A stretch of 63,340 nt of DNA, counting the filler, from Phoronis australis (lineage: Eukaryota; Animalia; Phoronida), in assembly GCA_002633005.1 (NCBI GenBank). It is 8 parts of 8 records of this genome, joined end to end, with 100 filler letters (N's around TTAATTAATTAA, not from the genome) between each part and the next. Parts side by side here need not be neighbours in the genome. Positions count along the whole stretch, not along the records: positions 1 to 27,554 come from NMRA01000715.1; 7 more parts are not named here. One strand, 5' to 3'. The position numbers were made by a program, and so were the translations under genes. Of the stretch, positions 10,801-22,000 are shown in pieces (positions within the stretch are counted from its first letter, which is position 1; each line of letters starts with the position of its first letter). A model generated the notes under the pieces. That model saw only the letters and a program-made list of their open reading frames with translations. It was not told the origin of the DNA and searched no databases.

Positions 10801-13800
10801 TCATCAGCTTGGTCTTTTTCTTTTTTAAAAGCTCTTTGAATTTTTGTTACATCTGTTAAGTGTCTGTAACACTGCTTGTGATAGAAGCATGCACGCATCA
10901 AGCCTAAAAATGGGGGCCTCGGGTTTTTGAGAATGTGGACATTTATTAAGATTCAGGGGGTAATTCAGAGCTACGAATTGTGCGTTCGTCGAATTTTGGA
11001 GTTCCTACCTTTTTATTGAACTTTTGTCCCATTTTCTACTTTTTCGGAGTTTTTGTTTCTCTGAGGCAAACTTGTTTACCCACTTTACCAAATGGGGGGA
11101 GGCTCGTTCAAGCCCCTGAGCCCCCACCCCTGGATGCGCGCTTGATAAGAGCTCTGTTTTTTCAAATTGTTGGTAATCGATATCAAGCGCGACAGAAATA
11201 CGGCCTCACTTCACAAGTTGCTGAATAAAGTTTTACCCAAGTAATTATGAGATCTTCACAGTCTACAAATAATTTACAAAAATCATCCCAGTAGCTGGCA
11301 GTTATGTGTATATTTTTGCATTTTCGCAAAAGTAAGATTTGATAATCTTTTTGAAATAGTTTTGCGAAGCGTAGGACCAAATTTTTGTCTTTTACAAGTC
11401 TTGAGTCACTTTTCATGAAACAGGCGTGGTGCAAGCTTTAACTGAACTAAACGTTTTAACACGTTAAACTACATGTAAAAGGATTTGTCATAATTACCTC
11501 CCCTGAGGCCAGCGCTTCTCCCGGAACAAACATCTCTGGGTGGATATTTCGTAAAAACCACGAAAAAGACTTACAATTTAGCCTCTTGCGTAAATCGTGA
11601 CGCTCAGAAACATCACCATAGTCACCCTATAAAATAAAACCTGTAGCTCAATCAGTCAAGCGATTAGCAGTTCTAGATAAGACATATTTGATGTTTGTTC
11701 CTTTAAAACTAAAGCAAGCGTTACCACTTCTCAAAGTTTCACTGTTTAGCATCATGAAGAGAAAAGAAACAAAGGACGAGGCATTTCGCTTGTTACATCA
11801 TTTTCTACATAATCTAATTCTAACGTGAACCATCTCAATCATATGAGAGCTCTAAAATCTACACGTAAAATTGCTCATTTCATAGCCATGCTCACAACAA
11901 CACGGAGTCAATAACCCATCTGGTTACTGACTTATTAATGCTCCTGCCAGAGGAACGCCTCGTGCCAGAGTACTGGGATGGGTTCCGAGAAGGGATTTTC
12001 CATGATCTTTGAAACAGTGTTTGTTGAGTAACTAGGAGATGCGCCGCCACCAAGTGAACTGTTTAAGAATACTTTTAGTGGATTATTCTGGTACATATTT
12101 TTAATCATTTCAGACTCCTGCTCATCTAACCTTAATGTGCCATTGTGATCCATTAAAAGGAACATTAAATACACTGTAGTCCTCTCAACATTTCTGTTTG
12201 AGCTCTACTTCGCAAACCCAATACTTAGAGGAAAATTATCATTTTTAGGCCAAAGGTGTTTTTCTTTGAGAATATTGTTGCATGGGAGAGACATTTTGAA
12301 GTTATTAGCCAAAACCAGAACTATAAAACAATAAAATTCATGTTTTTGTCATTTTATTACAATTCTCCAATCGTCGCCGTTGTCTGCCAGACAATCTCTG
12401 AAATCAAAGCCGATGGCTTTACCTCTTAAATAAGATTAACTACCTTGTCATTTATCGATTGCAGTTTAGCTCGTCAGCAGACCGTTCGGCTGCAAACGCC
12501 AAGGCTCCCGACTCGAATGCGCGCAGGGGCTGATTTATAAAATACTATCATAGATGTCACTTTAAATGAGTCGATTAATTTATGATTTTTTAAATGAGTC
12601 GATTATTTTATGATTTTTTCTGACTGGAAAATATCCGCAAAGCCACATTCTTTTACCGCAAGATGAAATTTTTAAGATTCGTGTATGCAGCTGAGCCTTT
12701 ATATGTATGAATTATGGCCACATTTTTAATTTTCTGGAAATCTGGTTCGAAACTAGATGATAACTTACCTTTTGAGTAGTTTATATGTACAGCCTTCGCC
12801 ACAGGTGTATCTCCGAAAGAGCGCGTGCTTAAATACGAGACGAATTTTTCTTACAGTGCACAAGAACTTTCTCACTCACCAAATCATATCCGATTTTCTG
12901 GTAGTAATATTTCTTGTAATCGTCCAACCAGACTTCGGCCAGACGAACCAAATTCTTTTTCAGGAAACCACCGTTGCTCTTTGAATACGAGGGTTTTCTT
13001 CTGCGGAATATGTGGCCGACTTGTGAGCATGGATGGGTAACTATGACGCCGCCGCACATCCAAATCTTGAAAAAAATAAATAAAAGTCACTTAGAATTCT
13101 TGTAAGATACCAGCAAGTCCAACAGCGGTAGCAAAACAGCCCGGTGGAATACGCCATCCCTTCTGATACGTGTATACTTTCATGACAAGCAATTTAGACC
13201 CACTTTGTGGCACAGTTTATGTCTGTTAAACAATTTACATGTTGACTTGCATGATCGACATAGTATTTAAAAGTCCCACAGTAATTGCACTTTAACCTCC
13301 ACCTGCTTGTTCTCAAATTTTTCTATGTTATCTTAAAGTAAGTTATTCTTATAAAAATTAACCAGGCAAACATTTCAAAGGTTATTATGGGGGCTCCACA
13401 ATTCCTTGCTGCTGTGCTAGGTGCGCCGCCCATGTAATGCATAGTTAAAACCGACCTGGGGAGAGACCTGGCGTGCGTTCAGTAGACGCTAGGACCTACG
13501 CTAGGACCTAGCTAAAACCTATTCAAAGTCACGTGTTCGTATTTAAAATACACGGCAATATCTCACGTAATCTCACGAAGTCTTGCTTTTTAGCGAGGTT
13601 CTAGCGTTACTGAACGGGAGGCTGGTTCAAGGGCAGTGTGATCCAGTAGGACTCGAACAAACGACCGTGAGTAAAGGAAACGACACTTATCTTATCCCAC
13701 TAGGCCACACTGCCTCCTCGACACTTAGCTGAGCGCCAACGACAAATACGACCGACAACAGCCGCCCGTTCAGTAACGCTAGGACCTCTCTAAAAAGCAA

Positions 13801-16800
13801 GACTTCGCAAAATTACGTGAGATATTGCTGTGCATTTCAAATGAGAGCACGTGACTTTGACTAGGTTTTAGCTAGGTCCTATCGTACATGTAGGCCCTAG
13901 CGTCTACTGAACGCACGCCAGTACTGTCGCGCTGAGCTTATATAGGCGAACCACTTGGATAATAATGGCTGGGAAAAAGGGATTAAAGGCAGTACAGATA
14001 TGGGCTCATGGGCCTAAAGTCACGAAAAACGGTAGATTGCCAAATGAAAAATGACGTGGAAGTCGCCCACCAAGAATAGGAAAAAACACGTCGGGCCGTT
14101 GTCGCCATTATTCAAGATTACATGTACGCATATCTGTTCTATTTCTTCCGTATATACATGTATACACCATTCGCTGGGTGTTGCGGTATACAATACCTTT
14201 AGGCGACACATCGCCGCGTCACACGAACCAAGGCTGCCCTCTTACAACGACAGCGTAGATTGTCCGATCGCTTAAACAATGTTTACCGAGTTCATAAGCT
14301 ATTCAGATACATCCCCGAGGTGTGTTTTGTTATGCCCATCGTAACTCAAAAATTTCTCTTATCTGTGCAGAACGCAGATGTTCGGAAGGTGCGTGTTTGA
14401 CGATCCGACCTTGTAAGGTTTTTGCTTAACAAGTTCGATTCCCGTCTACCCTTCCCGTTGTAATTTGAGAGCATGTTTGATATGTGCTGACTTCTGAGGG
14501 TGACAAATGCACTGATTTCACGACTTCAACAGAACAATTGTGAATCAAAGGTATTGAATCAAGGAAAAATGTTATGAATTTAAAGTTCAGGAGTTACCAC
14601 AAATTTTGAAGAGAAGGCCAGGTGAATTATTGTCTGACTGCTACTCGCCTGTGGCGACTGCGTGGCAACTTGAGATTTTCCCAGGTCGCCAAACACAGTC
14701 TGAAGTTGCATTAGCGAGCTGCTTATCTCGTGTAAAACACTTTGGTGTTATCAGAATAAAAATCATACCCTGAAAGACAACTCTAAATTTTCGCCTCCCC
14801 AAATATCCATGGCTGCGTCGTATGTACCAATTGTATGGAAATAATCTCTCCGGACAGAAAACAATCCTCCAGCCATCGTTGGAGACCTGGAAATGTTGTC
14901 AAAGTATTCCATACATCTAATACAACATCGCACTGATTTGGGACTATAACAGCAAAATCTGATCAATAAATTCAAAAATCGTGAAGCATCACAAGTGAGT
15001 GTTACTTTTTTGACCTTGTTGAAGTAGCTCAATGTTGTGTCTTACTTCACAGTTCATGAGCAGTGTCACAGATTCAAAGATGGTCTTTCTTCAACAGTAA
15101 CATCATTTCTAAACTGTATTCGTCTATTTACCCATGCCTCCAGCTTATTGCATCGACTGTCGTTTCAGTCTGCCATTTCTCTGGCCAATTTAACACTATT
15201 TGATAGGAACTTGCTAAGATATGTCACCCAATCCATAAAGCGAACGACGCCGGTCTTGTTTGGCGGTAGCGACATGTTTTGGATTGCTTCGACTTTTGGC
15301 CCTGGTCTATGATTTTGTAATTACCATATTTAGCAGAAAAGTCTGAAGTGATATTTGTGTCTACCAATCTTGATCTTGATGTCCTTTAATTCCTGAAAGA
15401 CTTTTCAAGGCCCGGTCTCCAATCTTTTTACTCGAGATGGAACTCGAAATTAGGCATTTTCTACTCTACTTTTGGGCGAACTCAATATAAGTGTCTATTA
15501 TTCTATGCTCGAGTATACAATAACTTACGTAGATAATTTATTGCCCTTAGTTCACAGTTTGTAAACCCAATATTAAAGCAATAAGTTCGAGTTTGAACTC
15601 GAAATTTCGAGTTTTTGTAGGACGAATATAAGGGTCTTCAAGGGCAAACTTGAACTAGAAACTCCTATGCATAAACTACAATGTATTCGAGCACAGTGTG
15701 ATAACCAATTATCTTAAGTTCGCACAAAAGGAGCACAGGAATTGTCAAAAATAGTTTCAAGTTCGTTTCGAGTACAAAGATTAGAGACCGGGCTCAGGTG
15801 TCAGAGCCGTGTTCTAAAGGTGTTCTTCTGTTGACCAATACTACGATTGACGTGTGTGTATAGTCACTATATGTTACATTTGCGTTGTTTTCTAGTAAAC
15901 CTCTGATGCTGATGATATGCCCCTGAGCACGCGTACATGTAACTACACGTATCTCAGTCTCTATAGAGTTCCAAATGATCTAACTTGTCTTGACTCTGCA
16001 TACAAATGAATCAATACGGGAGAATGCATCGCAGGCCGCAAGGACGGAGACCTTGAATTCTTCCAACGCACTCATCGATTGTTCGCAGAGGACAGTCAAA
16101 AACCAGTGCTACTCTCTTTTGATTTCCTCGCATTTGCCAACAGAGTCGTTTTCACTATAATTGGGAATGTGCTACTTCGACATTATTTCAAAACATCCTT
16201 GGATCGCAATCACCCTATGATTTGTTTACGTCACATGACGAGTTCGCAACTACTCTCGTTTCCAAATGGCCTACAAGTAAAAACTAGATCATTAGGTAAA
16301 CTTTTGAGGTCTTTTTTCAAATCACAACAATAACTTTACGGAAAAGGCCCTGTTGATAAATGGGATGGGAAATAAGACGTTTGTCTGGAATACGTTGATA
16401 CTTCTGCATACAGGCCTACTGCCGACGTCTTTCACCAACCGACATTTTCTGTGATCGCGTTGCACCCAGTACTGTGGTTTAGTTTATAAGCCCTTTCAAC
16501 TTCCGGAGGTAACGTTTTGATTTACATCATGTTGGCAAACTTGTTTTCCAAGAGGTGACTACCAGCTCGAGCTTATCTGAAATTTTATTTACACGCAGTT
16601 TACGTGCCTAGCAAAGGGCAGTGAAAGCGTTTGGAGACCTTGTTGAGGTCACTTGGCCCTACGTAGAGTTTGGGTTTACCAGACCACACCCAATCAGGTA
16701 CAGTACAGCCACTGAATTATTACTATTAGACTCTCTCCGGTGTCTCTCCGGTCTAGCCACCCGTGACCGTAACCGGAGACAGACCGGAGAGTGAGGCGTG

Positions 16801-18993
16801 AATCAAGCGTGACAGCTGGCGTGAGCCTAAGCGTGACTGTACCCGGAGCTTAACGTGAGTTAGGCGTGAGTTTACCTGTATCGTAGATGATAAAGTAATT
16901 TATTAAAATTACATCAGTAACTGGCAGTGATGTGTGTATTCTCATAGACTTTTGCTCATGTGAGGCATATGTTTTTTGAAATCGTCACGTGCAGTAAAAG
17001 ACCAAAATTTCCGTCTCAAATCTTAAGTCACCTAGAAAACAGACCTGTGGACTTTACTTATCACTTATATATAACTATTTGTTTTTATATATACTAATAA
17101 AGAATCTTAACACGCGTTTACACGGCGGAATTATTCAATTGCCTTCACGATATGAAGGGGCATAGCACATTGATCCTAAGTTCCGGCATCATGCGGAGAA
17201 AACTGATCACGCCCATGCATTTGAGCAGTCAAACAGATGACCGCTATTATTATTTTAGTGAAGAAGTACCCCGGGGACACTGTGTACTCAGTCGAAACGC
17301 ATGTACTACGGGGAAGGGGCTACAAATAATTGAACTGCACTACGGATTCAGGACTTTTAAGTCAAAACATTTGCTTGCAGTAAGGGATGGGTATGTCAGA
17401 AGGGCGGCCTATTGAAATTTTCTGTACGCCAGTGCGGTGCAAAAATTTACGGAGTGACACAATACTTCACAAGATGCGTAGGCTATTTTTAAGGCGAATT
17501 AACTATATCCACCTGTGACAAGTTTCAAGGAGTCCACATCCATGTAAAATGACTCTGAGTACAGGGTCGCGTTTAATCGTATTTACTAACCGTGGTTACT
17601 GTACATGTTTGTCGTTGATGGGACTGGCTCTCAAGTCGTAAACTGAACATGTACAAGTAAGTGTAACACAAGACGAGCTGAAGGAAGACGTTTGTATGAA
17701 CAACACGTGGAATTACAGAGTTAGTTGGAACCCAAGTGTGACAGATGACCGCTTGCAAAGATACTCTACAATATACTATAATGTCTTTGCAACTTGACCG
17801 AAATGACAGGCAATCAAGACGTTACATGTATTTTTACTGATTAGCCCGGTGCCCTACCATGTTTACCACAGCTACCGAAGGCGTGGGGTAAGCGTGACGG
17901 AGGCGCGAAGAAAGCGTGAACGAGGCGTGAGGAAAGCGTTAACTAAACCGGAGGTAAGCGTGAGGACTACCCGGAGAGTAGGCGTGAGGTGACCGTGACT
18001 GATTTCTGTCACGCCTGTGTTCCGGTTGCGCTCCGGTCTGGCCAGGCGTGAGGTAGCCCGGACGAAATCTAAAAATTCAGTGGCTGTACTGTTGTTCTTT
18101 GGCAGATGCGATGATGCATTTGTTTCACGTTTCACCAAACGTCTGTTTCACGTGTTCTTTAAGGTTACGTATGACCCCCGTATCCTACCGTGTGCTTGAT
18201 GACGATTATTTGTCATGGCCGAAGTCAAAATCATCAAATAGCGTTTCAGATACGACGAAAACTGAAATGAGATCTAAACCCTGGCAGGTGGATGTGACAA
18301 GTGTCTGCTGTTGTATGCTGGTGCTGTTGGAATTATGTTTCCGCACTTGAAAGCAGTTTTGTATGAATTTGAATTTTCGGAACAAGCTTGGAGTCATGAT
18401 CTCGTTAGTTTCCACTCAGCAGTGTATTTTATGTATGTATTTATTGTATTATACTCTTCTCGTGTTTGTACTTGAGTAGGACAGAAAATGTGAAAATTTA
18501 TCAAGAGTTCAAGCTGAGAGACCATATCTTGGATCGTGTGAACTGTTCAACTGTTACACAGCCAGTGATTTTGGATACAGTTTGATTGTCAACACCTATG
18601 TGCTGCATGGCAGCTGTTTGTAGCGGTAGTGATCATCAACATGTGCCTACGTGCAAGCATACAAGTACACGGCAGAAAAGTAGACACACCTGTTTGATTT
18701 GTTACCAAAACCAGGCGGTCAGATAAACTTTAAAAAATTTATTCAACTGAGCAGCTGTCCTCACACCGCAACAAAGGTTGGGTGTGGGCGCATGTTTCCT
18801 GTAATTGAGTACATGACAAGTGACACAACAATGCAGGTAGTTACCGGTACATGTAGTAAATCACTCTCCTCGTCTCCCTGTGTTACTTGTGCCTGTCAAT
18901 AACACTAAGCACTATTTCTTGTTTGATGAAGGTCGTTGTACCCTAAACGTTAAAGTTGGTGGTTCCGTCCCTCCCTCCCTCCTGTCCCCCCAC

Positions 18994-19031
<38 letters not shown>

Positions 19032-22000
19032 TCATCCCTACCCCCTCTGTCTTATTTTAAAATTTCGCGCTGCGAAAATTTACACTAATGACCACTTCTT
19101 CATTAAGTTGCCTGAAAGGTTACAAATATACAGAATTTGTGGTAGTATTCATAGGTTTTCACCTTTTTATGTATTTTAGTTATTTAATTACCCACTGGCA
19201 TACTTGTCTTTATCTTCATCGAGCTTCCAGCCTCTCCGCTGGTTTTCAATTTTGAAATTAGCACATTGAGTATACTACATACAATGACATCATGTTTGGA
19301 TTCCGCTATTTTCATCGACACATATAATAACATCATGCTGCATGGGACTGCTGTAATGTATGACGCATGGCGTAATATGGACGTCTTCTTGTCATGTCTC
19401 TGCTGACTGGGTTCAGTAACAAAGTGAGTTTTCAAATAAATTACTGTTTATTTACGACACTTCTATAGTTACGAAATCGAGTGTCCTGTACAGTTTGTGT
19501 CTCGGATGACATAAAAATCTCACAAGACCCCCCCTATTAAACCGTTTTTCCATCGTGAATGCAATGCAGTTTATCCATAAGAGGACACGCAAAGTGTTCT
19601 CTAGTGTCCGATTACCAACCTCGACGCTGGATGGAAAACACCCGGATCTTCCTTGTGACAAGACTAGATATGAAACTGTTTTCATCCAATAGTCCAGATG
19701 CAGAGCAAAGATTTGTGGGACGCGACGTGGAAGTGTGACCAATCGACACAGGCAACCGTCTGCTAATTGGTAAGCTGGGAGTTGGTTTGAATAGAAGTGA
19801 TCTCCACAGATCTACGGGTGTCGGCGGTGTTGCTTGAGATGACGGCTGTCCCAGAATTCTTTATACACAAAACGTCTATTGCTATCCGTAAACGTGCAAT
19901 TATTTGGGTAGCATTCCGAAAACCCAAGGCACTAGCGACTGAAGACAGTGCAATCACGGACGTTGCTTGCGGTCTTATGCATGGCGAAATCTCGGAGACA
20001 TGCGTGGTCTCGCTTTTCTCGCCAGAAAGACAACCCTGCGTTGGGGTTAGGGTTTGAGATTAATCATTGGAAATGACGAGCTTACCTCACTGGAGCCACG
20101 AAGTGATATTTTTTTCTCTCCTCCTGAACTCTGTTTGGTGGGACAAACCATCTGAAGCCGAGATCCCAGTCGAAGCCACCCAGCTCCGTAAGCTCCGCTG
20201 TCTTGTACAAAAATTCGAACGTGTCGTCATTGATGATATCGATGACGGGAGTGACGCTTGTGTTCGGGTTATCCCTGATGACCTCGAGAATGGGTGGCAA
20301 CCATCCTTTAAAGCATTCGTATACACTATTAAAGGTCGTCTAATTAGGTGTATCGGAATTGTTGAAAAACATGGCACTGCACAACTACCAAGGGAGTGAC
20401 TGACGTAGGCCACTGTACGCCGGGTGCAAATCCTGCCACTGAACGTGTTTAGAAACTGTTCAAGTTGTCGAGCTAGTGACCAAAGATATCAGTTTATTCG
20501 ATCAAATGTCTCATGGTTTATGGACAGGCTTGAGACTACTCCTAATCCCCTTCCATTAATGTTTGAAAATAATTCAAATTATAAGCATTGGGGCGCAGTA
20601 GACTTGTGCCGGTTTGATTTTCCTGTCAAGATTTTCGTTAGTCAAGGATATTTCCACCTGAATTCGAGGCTGGTTATCAGAAGATGATAACCCTTTTTAC
20701 CTGGAGTACATTCACAGTGCGAATCAAGGAACGTCAACACATCGCCCGTAGCAGCGGCAACCCCAAGTAGACGCGCTCGTATCAACCCTTCTCTTTTCTT
20801 TGCACGAACAATCTTCACAACTCTCAGTTCTCTCATATATTTGTCAAGTGGTTCTTTAGTGTGTGCTGATGGTTAAAATGCAGAATTGACTTGAAGGAAC
20901 AATTTGCAAAATGACAGGGTAATGTAACACCGTAGTCTCTTCTTTCACCAAACATACACTGTCATCTTGTTATGCTAAATGTCTTTGTGATATCTACATT
21001 GTAGCTATGGCTACAAAGGTTTAAACCTGTTTCTTTTGGGCGCGCCTGGTGATACAACGTGTGCCTTTTTCAGACTTAGTGTAATTAAAGCGATAACATA
21101 TGAAACGGAAACCCCAAAAGCAATCGAAATAAGACTATATTTTGACTGGAAGAGTGTTGCGTTTCAAAAGATGCGCTTGAGGGGAGCACTGCTGCAATGT
21201 ACTTGCGCCTTTATATTTTTTATGCGCTAATGGAGCAAAGGCGCACTCCAGGAGTTTTCCTACCGCTTATTGGTGCTAGTGTGTATAATCAGCCGTGCAC
21301 TTTGCAGATCACTTAGGTTGGGAAAAAACAGGTAAAATGTGTGAAATATTGTTGTGCTCATGTTTTTGTTGCCATTAATGGGCCAGAAATACATAACCTT
21401 AGAACGTCAATAATGGTTCACGCAAAAGATGCCTGCTTTTGCCAAGAAGTTCTGGCTAAGTTTGCCTCAAAGTGCATGACGTCAGAATGCAGACGGCGAG
21501 AACTGCCCGAACAACTTACGTGCGTCAGAGAAGTCGTCGACGAGGATAATTTCTTTAAGAAGTCTTTTTGGCGATCTGTCTATCACAGTATGAACGGTTC
21601 GTAGCAAGACGGACCAACCTTCGTTGAAGAAGCAGATAATGACACTAGTGTTTGGCAAACTATATATGTCGTCTTTTGTGTAGTTCTTACACCTGTAGTG
21701 AAAAATTGAGAAAATCCTTTCAAAGTACTGTAAATGGAACTAATTCGAAATCTGCTGCTTGTCTATGCATAGTTCCTCTAGTAGATGTAATAGTGTTGTG
21801 TTTTATGTGAAAAATAAGATAACTAGTCCAAAGACAGAGTGCCTGAGCCAAGAACCTTTGTAACAACAACGCAGAAATACAGCGAATGGTTGGATTAAAA
21901 ACACAGCTTTAAAGCAATTAACTGAATTAAAGCAGTCACGATGAGAGCATATTAAACGATTATTATTGGCATAGTTGTCGTTAACTTTTGCTTTAATTTA

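Noticed and set aside
16730-18062. CRISPR-like repeat-spacer array
   Set aside because: Repeats are only 5-7 bp with 4-7-bp spacers, the context is eukaryotic, and there are no cas genes.
18165-18199. YDPRILPC, a RING/TRIM-like octapeptide
   Set aside because: No upstream CxxC or downstream HxFC in frame; too short to support.
20041-20056. Telomere-like TTGGGGTTAGGGTTTG
   Set aside because: Only one exact TTAGGG unit; compatible with chance.
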